Assembly (NCBI GenBank): GCA_003222975.1 | Contig: QHXN01000028.1 | Location: 13,820 to 77,819, forward strand | Origin: Acidobacteriota bacterium | Lineage (GTDB): Bacteria > Acidobacteriota > Blastocatellia > Pyrinomonadales > Pyrinomonadaceae | DNA: 64,000 nucleotides | Reading direction: 5' to 3' | Part shown: piece after piece, positions 11,359 through 18,435 of the stretch | Numbering within the stretch: the stretch's first letter is position 1 | Layout: each line of letters opens with the position of its first letter | Made by a program: the position numbers and the translations under genes | The notes under the pieces: model-generated | The model's database searches: none | Told to the model about the DNA's origin: nothing | Seen by the model: the letters and a program-made list of their open reading frames with translations, nothing else

Positions 11359-11429
11359 GATGAGTGATGAATGCGGAATGATGAATGATAAGAAGCGTGC
11401 TGCTTTTAATTCATCATTCTGCATTCATC
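11359..11429. repeat. heptamer-periodic hairpin element (ATGATGA/ATGCGGA family)
   Basis: gatgaatgcggaatgatgaat (11366-11386) pairs with attcatcattctgcattcatc (11409-11429) with one mismatch. The hisC stop codon and its last codons (..MNAE*) lie inside the right arm. Confidence 0.8.
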
Positions 11430-12511
11430 GTTTCCTTTCCCTCCTCCGAGAAAATATCTCCTAACGCCGCCAGTAGCTTGTCGTTCTCCGCGGGCGTGCC
11501 GACGCTCAGGCGGAAGTAGTCTTTGAGCATCGGGTAGCCGCTCACGTCGCGGACGAGTATGTCGCGCGCGAGCAGTTCGCGGAAGACGCGCTTCGGCTCT
11601 ATCGCTGAACGCACGACCATGAAGTTCGCGTGCGAGCGCACGGGCGCGAGGCCCGGTACGCGGCGCAAGTTTTCGTAAAGCCGCTCGCGCTCTTGCAGGA
11701 TGCGCCGCACGGTCGGCTTCAGTTCCGACTCGTACAACTCGACGGCGACCTCGGCGGCGGTCTGCGAGAAGGCGTTGAGGTTGTACGGCAGCACGGCCTT
11801 GCCGACTTCGCGCGCGAGTTCCGGCGCGGCCAGCAGGTAGCCGACGCGTAGGGCTGCCAGCCCCATCGCCTTCGAGAAGGTGCGGAAGACGGCGAGGTTC
11901 GAGTGGGCGTAGAGCAGCGGCGCGACCGTCTGGCCGGAGAACTCGAAGTAGGCTTCGTCTATGACGACGATGCCGCGAGTCGCCGCGAGCAGCGATTCGA
12001 GTTCGTCGTGTTCGACGCGGCAGCCCGTGGGGTTGTTCGGAGAACAAAGTATCGTCACGTCCGGCTCTTCGCGCTCTATCGCCTCGCGCAGCGCCCCAAC
12101 GTCGAACTTCAACTCTCCGTCGAGCGGCACGCTCAAGACCTCGCCGCCTAAAACTGTCGCGACCTGTCTGTAGAGCGCGAACGTCGGCTCGCTGATGAGC
12201 ACGCGTCGCCCCTCGCCGACCGTGACCATCAGCGTCGCCTGTATCAACTCGTTCGAGCCGTTGCCCGCGACCACGCCGTCCGCGCGCCACCCCGCGAACG
12301 CCGCCAGCTTCTCGTGCAGGCTCGCGGGCACGAAGTCAGGGTAGCGCGACCACGCTCGCGATTGTATGCGTCGCAGCGTCTCGCGCTTGATCGTCTCCGG
12401 CGCGTCCCAGGGGTTCTCGTTCTGGTTGATCTTCACCGACGCGCGGTCGGGCGAGAGCGTATAAGCCTTCAGCTCGCGCACGCGCGGTTTGATTTTGTCC
12501 AGCGGATTCAT
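11414..12511 (-). CDS. hisC: histidinol-phosphate aminotransferase
   Basis: It shows a class-II aminotransferase pattern (NENPW...YPD...GNGSNELI...SPNNPTG...FRTFSKAMGLAALRVGY) and sits in his operon context. Confidence 0.9.
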   Translation of the reverse strand: MNPLDKIKPRVRELKAYTLSPDRASVKINQNENPWDAPETIKRETLRRIQSRAWSRYPDFVPASLHEKLAAFAGWRADGVVAGNGSNELIQATLMVTVGEGRRVLISEPTFALYRQVATVLGGEVLSVPLDGELKFDVGALREAIEREEPDVTILCSPNNPTGCRVEHDELESLLAATRGIVVIDEAYFEFSGQTVAPLLYAHSNLAVFRTFSKAMGLAALRVGYLLAAPELAREVGKAVLPYNLNAFSQTAAEVAVELYESELKPTVRRILQERERLYENLRRVPGLAPVRSHANFMVVRSAIEPKRVFRELLARDILVRDVSGYPMLKDYFRLSVGTPAENDKLLAALGDIFSEEGKETMNAE

Positions 12512-12512
12512 A

Positions 12513-12580
12513 AGTTCAAAGCTGAAAGTTCAAAGTTGCAAGGCTCAGAGCTTTGAACCTTCAACTTTAAACTTTGAACT
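12513..12580. repeat. heptamer-periodic hairpin element (AGTTCAA family), imperfect
   Basis: agttcaaagctgaaagttcaaagttgcaaggctc pairs with gagctttgaaccttcaactttaaactttgaact. The hisD stop (12579-12581) sits at one foot and the hisC ATG (12511) is 1 nt from the other. Confidence 0.7.
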
Positions 12581-13868
12581 ACTCTGTAAGTCGAATCATA
12601 GCCGACCGCGCGTGCGCGTCTAAGCCTTCGGACTCGGCGAGCGCGGCGATCATGCACGCCGTCTCGTTAAGCTCCTCGCGCGTGTAGCGGATGACGCTCG
12701 TGCGTCGGAGGAAATTGTGGACTCCGAGGGCGGAGGAGAAGCGCGCCGCGCCGCCCGTGGGCAGCACGTGGTTCGGCCCGGCGAAGTAGTCGCCGACCGC
12801 CTCCGGCGTGTGCGCGCCGAAGAAGATCGCGCCCGCGTGACGGACTCGCGCCGCCGCGCCCTCTTCATCGCGCATGTTGATTTCGAGGTGTTCGGGCGCG
12901 AGTTCGTTGACGAGTTCGCAAGCCTCTTCGAGCGAGCCGACGACGAAGACCGCGCCGAAGTCCGCGAGCGAGCACTCGATGATTTTCCGACGGGGGAGGG
13001 TCTCGGCCTGTCGCGCGACTTCGGCGGCGACGCGCCCGGCAAGCTCCGAGTCCGTCGTGACTAAAACGGCGGAGGCGTCCTCGCCGTGTTCGGCCTGCGC
13101 GAGCAGGTCTGCGGCGACGAAGTCTGCGCGCGCCGTCTCGTCCGCGAGCACAACGACCTCGCTCGGCCCGGCGATGGAATCAATCCCGACCGCCCCGAAG
13201 ACGAGCTTCTTCGCGGCGGCCACGTACTTGTTGCCCGGCCCCGTGATGACATCAACGCGCGGAATCGTCTCGGTGCCGTAGGCGAGCGCGGCGACCGCCT
13301 GCGCGCCGCCGACCTGATAAATCTCCGCGACGCCGAGTTCGACGAGCGCGGCGGCGACCGCCGGAGTTTGCGAGAGCGTGCGCGGCGGCGTGACGACGGC
13401 GATGCGTTTGACGCCGGCGACCTGCGCGGGCACGACGTTCATCACGACCGACGAAGGGTAGCTCGCCGTCCCTCCCGGCACGTATAGTCCCGCTGCGTCC
13501 ACCGGCGAGACGCGCTGACCTAAACGCACGCCGCGTCCCGTCTCCATCTCCCAAGATTCGGCGCGCTCGCGCTCGTGGAAGGCCCGGACGTTGCGTATGC
13601 TCGCGCGCAAAGCTCCGAGCACGCGACTGTCAACGCGCGCCGCCGACTCGCGCAGCGCCGACTCTTCGACGCGCAGCTCGCACGCGCGCAGGCGCACGCC
13701 GTCGAAGCGCGCCGTGTAGTCGAGCAGCGCCGCGTCTCCGCGCCGCCTCACCTCCTCGATTATCTCCGCGGCTGCGCTCAACAGTCCGGCGTCCGCCGCG
13801 ATGCGACGCTCTTTAATGCGCGCGAGCTTCGCCTGTCGCGCCCGCCCGTCACTGATAACTTCGATCAA
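12579..13868 (-). CDS. hisD: histidinol dehydrogenase
   Basis: LYVPGGTASYPSSVVMN...GPGNKYVAAAKK...IDSIAGPSEV...QAEHGEDA...APEHLE...GDYFAGPNHVLPT. Confidence 0.93.
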   Translation of the reverse strand: MIEVISDGRARQAKLARIKERRIAADAGLLSAAAEIIEEVRRRGDAALLDYTARFDGVRLRACELRVEESALRESAARVDSRVLGALRASIRNVRAFHERERAESWEMETGRGVRLGQRVSPVDAAGLYVPGGTASYPSSVVMNVVPAQVAGVKRIAVVTPPRTLSQTPAVAAALVELGVAEIYQVGGAQAVAALAYGTETIPRVDVITGPGNKYVAAAKKLVFGAVGIDSIAGPSEVVVLADETARADFVAADLLAQAEHGEDASAVLVTTDSELAGRVAAEVARQAETLPRRKIIECSLADFGAVFVVGSLEEACELVNELAPEHLEINMRDEEGAAARVRHAGAIFFGAHTPEAVGDYFAGPNHVLPTGGAARFSSALGVHNFLRRTSVIRYTREELNETACMIAALAESEGLDAHARSAMIRLTE

Positions 13869-14503
13869 GCGCCCTTCCCTCTCTCTTCGACCGCGCGTCC
13901 GAGCGCCCTGATGATTTCGCCGACAGCCGCGGCTTTCAACTGGTAGCTCGCCCGGTTGACGACGAAGCGGGCAGTTGACTCCGTGATCGTCTCGACGACG
14001 ACGAGGCCGTTCTCGGCGAGCGTGCGTCCCGTCTCGACGAGGTCAACAATGCAGTCGGCCAGTCCCGTGACGGGCGCGAGTTCGACCGAGCCGGAAAGCT
14101 CGATGATCTCGACCGGCACGCCGCGCGAGCCGAAGTGCCGGGCGGCGATGCGCGGGTACTTGGTCGCGACGTGGAGCACGCCCGCTCGCCCGATTCCCGC
14201 GTCCTCGCGCGCCGCGACGGCGATGCGGCAGTAAGCGATCTTCAGGTCGAGCGGCTGCAAAACGTCGGCCCCCGATTCGAGCAGAACGTCGCGACCGACG
14301 ACGCCGCAGTCGGCGATGCCGTGCTCGACATAGACCGGCACGTCCGCCGGCTTGACGAAGACGAAGCGGCAGCGCCCGCCCTCGTCCTCGACGGCGAGCC
14401 GCCGCGACGCCAGCGCCTCCCGGCTCGCGCGCACGCCGGCGCGCGCCAGCAGTTCGAGCGCGTCCTGCTGCAACCTCCCTTTGGCGATGGCAATCGTCAA
14501 CAT
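13865..14503 (-). CDS. hisG: ATP phosphoribosyltransferase, short form
   Basis: MLTIAIAKGRLQQDALELL...VFVKPADVPVYVEHGIADCGVVGRDVL...DLVETGRTLAENGL. I use ATG 14503, because the track extension translates the hairpin. It has a 4-nt overlap with hisD. Confidence 0.9.
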   Translation of the reverse strand: MLTIAIAKGRLQQDALELLARAGVRASREALASRRLAVEDEGGRCRFVFVKPADVPVYVEHGIADCGVVGRDVLLESGADVLQPLDLKIAYCRIAVAAREDAGIGRAGVLHVATKYPRIAARHFGSRGVPVEIIELSGSVELAPVTGLADCIVDLVETGRTLAENGLVVVETITESTARFVVNRASYQLKAAAVGEIIRALGRAVEERGKGA

Positions 14504-14505
14504 CT

Positions 14506-14603
14506 GAATTTTTGATTTTAGATTTTTGATTTTAGATTGTCTGCCGACGATGAGAGACGCGCTGTCTTTCAATCGCAAATCAAAAATCTAAAATCAAAAA
14601 TTC
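14506..14603. repeat. heptamer-periodic hairpin element (TTTTTGA/TTTTAGA)
   Basis: gaatttttgattttagatttttgattt (from 14506) pairs with aaatcaaaaatctaaaatcaaaaattc (to 14603), about 27 bp, with a loop of about 40 nt. It lies between the hisZ stop and the hisG ATG, and the ATG is 2 nt from the foot. Confidence 0.9.
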
Positions 14604-14622
14604 TGCGCCTCGCGGTTCTGTC

Positions 14623-15735
14623 TCAATCCTCTAATTCCAACTTGATCCTCTCGCCGCGCGCGCGCCTCAGCTTCGCCTCTCGCAAAAGTTCGCCCGTGCC
14701 CGCGGCCTTGACGAGCGAGGTGATGTCGGCCTTGCCGTTCTTCAGCTCGAAGTCGCCGCGCGAGATGACCTCGGTGATGGCGTCGAGGTCGAGCACGAAG
14801 CCCGTGGCCGGCTCGCGCCGCCCGAAGTTGGCCGTCAGCTCGTCGTAGCGCCCGCCGCTCCCGACGCGCGCGCCCGCGCCCTCGGCGTAAATCTTGAAGA
14901 CCAGGCCGGTGTAGTAATCCAGCCCCGACACGTCGCCCAGGTCAATCTCGAAATTGTCCGCGAGTCCCAGCGCCTCGATGATGCTCCAGGTCTTTTCGAG
15001 CGCTTCGAGCGCGGCACTCGCGCGCAGACCCGTCGCGACGCCGCGCGCCTCCTCCAGAACTCCGCGCTTGCCCGACAGGCGCGTCAGGCGCGCGGCCAGC
15101 GGCGGTACGTCAGCGCCGCCTGACGAGTGCTCGGCCAGGAGGCTTTCGAGTTCGGCGGCGGCGCGCGAGTCAACGAGGCGGCGCATCCGCTCGCGCCCTG
15201 CCTCGTCCAGCTTTAGCTGTTCGGCCACGCCGTTGAAGACGCCGACGTGGTTGAGCGTGACGCAGTAGCGAAGTTCGAGGCGCGCGAGCACCTCGGCGGC
15301 GATGGCGAGCACTTCGAGGTCTGCCCCGGCGCTCCCCGTTCCGATCAGTTCGCAGCCGAGCTGCCGCCCCTGCCGCCTCCACTCGACGTGCGACCGAGGC
15401 CGCTGGCGGAAGACCGACGCGGCGTAGCAGAAGCGCAAGGGGCGCTCTTCGGATGCGAACAGAGTCGCGGCGGCGCGCGCCACCGAGGAGGTCACGTCGG
15501 GCCGCAGCGCGAGCAGACGCCCGTCCGTGTCCGTGAAGCGGAAGCCGCGGCTCGCCTCCTCGCGCCCCATGCCACGCTCGAACAGGACGTAGTAGTCCAC
15601 GGAGGGCGTCGCGATCTCCTCGTAGCCCCAGCCGTCGAAGACACTCATCACCGCGTCCTCGACCGCGCGCCGCAGACGCGCCTCACGCCCGAAGTAGTAG
15701 CGCATCCCGCCGGGAATTTTTGAAAGCGGCTCCAT
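14623..15735 (-). CDS. hisZ: ATP phosphoribosyltransferase regulatory subunit (HisRS paralog)
   Basis: Class-II aaRS-like protein: GMRYYFGREARL...GYEEIATPSVDYYVLF...FRFTDTDGRLLALRPDVTSSVAR...RFCYAASVFR...GGRYDEL. It sits directly upstream of a short-form hisG. Confidence 0.88.
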   Translation of the reverse strand: MEPLSKIPGGMRYYFGREARLRRAVEDAVMSVFDGWGYEEIATPSVDYYVLFERGMGREEASRGFRFTDTDGRLLALRPDVTSSVARAAATLFASEERPLRFCYAASVFRQRPRSHVEWRRQGRQLGCELIGTGSAGADLEVLAIAAEVLARLELRYCVTLNHVGVFNGVAEQLKLDEAGRERMRRLVDSRAAAELESLLAEHSSGGADVPPLAARLTRLSGKRGVLEEARGVATGLRASAALEALEKTWSIIEALGLADNFEIDLGDVSGLDYYTGLVFKIYAEGAGARVGSGGRYDELTANFGRREPATGFVLDLDAITEVISRGDFELKNGKADITSLVKAAGTGELLREAKLRRARGERIKLELED

Positions 15736-15737
15736 AA

Positions 15738-15823
15738 GGGAATGATGAATGATGAATGCGGAATGATGAATTAAGAGAAGCCGGCGGCTTTCAATTCTTC
15801 ATTCTTCATTCCGCATTCATCAC
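15738..15823. repeat. heptamer-periodic hairpin element (ATGATGA/ATGCGGA family)
   Basis: gggaatgatgaatgatgaatgcggaatgatgaatt pairs with aattcttcattcttcattccgcattcatcac. It sits between the his attenuator terminator and the hisZ ATG, and its foot is 2 nt from the ATG. Confidence 0.8.
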
Positions 15824-15826
15824 TAA

Positions 15827-15866
15827 ATGCAAAACGCTGCCGGGCGAGTCGCGTCGCTGGCAGCGT
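15827..15866 (-). terminator. his-leader attenuator terminator
   Basis: The reverse strand reads ACGCTGCC-agcgacgcgactcgccc-GGCAGCGT followed by TTTTGCATTT. The 5' half (GCTGCC) can alternatively pair with GGCAGC inside the leader ORF. Confidence 0.7.
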
Positions 15867-15908
15867 GTGTGTCGGTGAAAGCTTTCGTGCGCTCGTCGCT
15901 TCGGCGCG

Positions 15909-15995
15909 TCAGGAGTCACACCACACGCGGCTGCCCGCATGGCGATGGTGGTTGCCATGATGATGCAGCGTCCGTATGTGGATGCGTTGTGCCAT
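15909..15995 (-). CDS. histidine-rich leader peptide (28 aa) of the his operon
   Basis: My translation is MAQRIHIRTLHHHGNHHRHAGSRVWCDS*, with 7 His in 28 residues including HHH and HH runs. AGGAAG lies 10 nt upstream of the ATG. The ORF is too short for the ORF track. Confidence 0.7.
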   Translation of the reverse strand: MAQRIHIRTLHHHGNHHRHAGSRVWCDS

Positions 15996-16032
15996 TCTCC
16001 GAAACTTCCTAAGGGCTTCTCAGGCCGCGTCC

Positions 16033-16062
16033 GTTATAACCGACCGCTTTGAAGTCTGTCAA
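16033..16062 (-). promoter_or_regulatory. candidate sigma-70 promoter of the his leader/operon
   Basis: On the reverse strand, TTGACA (16062-16057) is followed by an 18-nt spacer and TATAAC (16038-16033). It lies about 40 nt upstream of the leader ATG. Confidence 0.4.
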
Positions 16063-16156
16063 ACTGTGCCTGAACAGAACCGCGAGCGGGTCAGCCTGCC
16101 GATGCGCGGCCTACGCTCTGAAATCACGCCCACTCGCCACCGCTCGCGGCTCTGAC

Positions 16157-17332
16157 TTAGTGGCGCGGAGCGTAGTAGCCGACGCGCGTGGTGACTTCGT
16201 AGTCGTGGCCGGGCACTTCGACGCGGACGCGTCGGAAGCGACCGTCGCGGGCGGGGTTGGTGGGCGTGTAGTAGAGCGCGTACTGGTGGCGCAGCTCGTC
16301 GGCGATCTCCGCGTAAACGCGGTCGAGCGCGTCGAAGCTCTGCGGCTTGTAGAGCCGCCCGCCCGTGGCGCGCGTCAGTTCCGCGAGGTTACGCTCGCTC
16401 GCGTCGAGCACGCGCAAAGATTCGCGCAGGTCGCCGATGCGGAGCTGGTTGAAGCGCACCGTCGAGTCCGACCCGGCGAGCATGCTGTCCAGCTCGGCCT
16501 GCTTGCGCGTGCGCTCGATCTCCGTGTTCGCGATGACATAGACGGCGACCTGCGATTCGAGCAGGGCGCGCATGGCCGCGTCGGCGGTGGCCGAGCCGCG
16601 GTTGCTGTCAATGCCGTCGCTCAGGACGACGAGGGCGCGGCGGCGCTCGTCGCGTTGGAACTGCTCGCGCGCCGAGAGCAGGAGCGCGTCGTTGAAGCGC
16701 GTGAAGACGCCGGTCGAAAGACGCGCGAGCGCGCGGTGCAGTTGCAGACGGCTCTTCGTCCAGTCGAGCAGAAGCTCCACGCGGTCGTCGAACTTGATGA
16801 GGCAGAAGCGGTCGTCCGGCGAGAGCCGCCCGGCGAACTGCTCGGCGGCGCGTCGGAAGTCCTCGAAACTGTCGGCCACAGACGAAGAGGCGTCAACGAG
16901 CAGCGCGGCGTCCACGGGCACTTGGCGGAGCGAGAGATCGCTCAGGGGTTGCTCGCGCCCGTCCTCGAAGACCCGGAAGTCTTTGCGCGCGAGGTCGGCG
17001 ACGAGCTGCCCCGACGAGTCGCGCACGGTCGCGGGCACGAGAACCTCGGAGGCGTTGATCGTAACGACCTCGTCGTCGCCGACCGCCTCCGCGCCCTGTT
17101 TACTCTTCTGGCCGGACTGCGACTGCACGCTGCCCGTGCCGTCCTCGCGCGAGGCTTTGCGCGGGCGCGTGTGATCCTGCGTGAAGGACGCGGGCGCGAC
17201 CGCGAGGAGCGCGAGCAGGCAAACGAAGAGGAGTAGGGACGCGCGCGCGCGCCGCGCCGCCGTGAAACTTACGCGCGCCGCCGAAGTGACACTTGCAGAA
17301 GTTTTCTTTCTCCACGCGACCGACGCACGCAT
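16157..17332 (-). CDS. VWA-domain secreted protein (VWFA-related Acidobacterial domain type)
   Basis: It has a signal/TM segment LLLFVCLLALLAVAP. This is followed by ...VLVPATVRDSSGQLVADLARKDFRVFEDGREQPL...AALLVDASSSV...LSDGIDS..., a MIDAS-like DxSxS. The layout matches the TIGR03436-type family as I remember it. Confidence 0.75.
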   Translation of the reverse strand: MRASVAWRKKTSASVTSAARVSFTAARRARASLLLFVCLLALLAVAPASFTQDHTRPRKASREDGTGSVQSQSGQKSKQGAEAVGDDEVVTINASEVLVPATVRDSSGQLVADLARKDFRVFEDGREQPLSDLSLRQVPVDAALLVDASSSVADSFEDFRRAAEQFAGRLSPDDRFCLIKFDDRVELLLDWTKSRLQLHRALARLSTGVFTRFNDALLLSAREQFQRDERRRALVVLSDGIDSNRGSATADAAMRALLESQVAVYVIANTEIERTRKQAELDSMLAGSDSTVRFNQLRIGDLRESLRVLDASERNLAELTRATGGRLYKPQSFDALDRVYAEIADELRHQYALYYTPTNPARDGRFRRVRVEVPGHDYEVTTRVGYYAPRH

Positions 17333-17351
17333 CGTTTCACCTCAACGAAGA

Positions 17352-17505
17352 TTCATTCATTCTTGTGTGTGAGGCGGCGGGAGGTTAACCACAGAGACAC
17401 AGGGGACTCAGAGGAAGCACAGAGGATTGGATTTCTCTGTGCCGTCTCTGTGTTCTCTGTGTCTCTGTGGTTAGCTTCAACGTCCGCCACGCCCAAGAAT
17501 GAATA
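17352..17505. repeat. nested heptamer-rich hairpin element (CACAGAG family) with outer ATTCATTC stem
   Basis: The inner arms are ttaaccacagagacacagg... (17385-17425) and ...ctgtgtctctgtggttag (17435-17474). The outer arms are attcattcattcttg...ggcggcgg and ccgccac...caagaatgaat. Together they fill nearly the whole intergenic gap. Confidence 0.75.
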
Positions 17506-17527
17506 GACCACGTCACCTCGACCGACT

Positions 17528-18298
17528 TCACTTCTCAGGGCGTGCGCCCTGGCCGCCGTCTTCGCCCATCGCCGCGCGCATCGCCGCGATGACCGGCTCG
17601 CTCACGCGGCGCTTGCGAAGCTCCGAGAGTTTCGCGGGCGAGAGGTCGAACTCGACCGGCGACTGCTCGATGCGGCGGATGATCGTTCCTTCGGAGAAGC
17701 CCGCCTCGACCAGCTCGACGACCGAGTCGTCCGTGAGCGTGGGCGTGCGTTCGAGCTTCGCCTGCGTGTCGCCGCCGCCCTCCGCGGGCGGGCGGATGAT
17801 GCGGACGGTGGCGCTGCCCGTGGTCTGCGTGTCGTTGTCCGCGCCGCCGCTTCCGCCGCGCGAGCGCACGCGCCCCTTCGAGCCGCCCGACGAGCCGAAG
17901 ATGTCTGTGCTGCCCGCGTCTGCGCCGGGGCTTTGCTCCTTCGCACCGCCGCGACTCTGCCCCGTCGCGCCCACGTCGCCGAGCGGCATGTCGTCGCCCC
18001 AGTCGTCGTTTGCCAGATCGTCCGCGCCGCCGCGCCCGATCATCGCCAGGATGACTTTCTCGCCCACGCCGCTCTTCTTCAACTCGATCAGGCGCTCCGG
18101 GGCGAGGTCGAAGTTCGCGGGCCGCGCGCGGATGATCGCGATGACCGCCTTCTCGCTGAAGCCCGCGCGCACCAACTTCACGACCGAGCCGTTCGTGAGC
18201 GGCGCTTCCGCGCCCCGCGGCGGCCCTTGCGCGAGCGCCCGCGCGGAAAAGGCGACGACCGCCGCCACGACTGCGAACTTAACCAAACCGTATTTCAT
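17528..18298 (-). CDS. secreted protein with two copies of an approximately 55-aa helical repeat
   Basis: I use ATG 18298 (MKYGLVKFAVVAAVVAFSARALAQ signal peptide), which has a GAGGTG SD. Internal repeat 1 is LTNGSVVKLVRAGFSEKAVIAIIRARPANFDLAPERLIELKKSGVGEKVILAMI. Repeat 2 is LTDDSVVELVEAGFSEGTIIRRIEQSPVEFDLSPAKLSELRKRRVSEPVIAAM. I recognise no family. Confidence 0.65.
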   Translation of the reverse strand: MKYGLVKFAVVAAVVAFSARALAQGPPRGAEAPLTNGSVVKLVRAGFSEKAVIAIIRARPANFDLAPERLIELKKSGVGEKVILAMIGRGGADDLANDDWGDDMPLGDVGATGQSRGGAKEQSPGADAGSTDIFGSSGGSKGRVRSRGGSGGADNDTQTTGSATVRIIRPPAEGGGDTQAKLERTPTLTDDSVVELVEAGFSEGTIIRRIEQSPVEFDLSPAKLSELRKRRVSEPVIAAMRAAMGEDGGQGARPEK

Positions 18299-18350
18299 CT
18301 CCACGCACCTCAACCCGTAAACAAGCGCGAATGAGCCGGACATTCCAGAA

Positions 18351-18435
18351 GAAGTGATGAATGCGGAATGATGAATGATGAATTTAAAGCAGGCTGTCTT
18401 TCATTCATCATTCATCATTCCGCATTCATCACTTC
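18351..18435. repeat. heptamer-periodic hairpin element (GTGATGA/ATGCGGA/ATGATGA)
   Basis: A perfect 33-bp stem pairs 18351-18383 with 18403-18435. It abuts the SLT gene stop codon (18436-18438). Confidence 0.95.
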
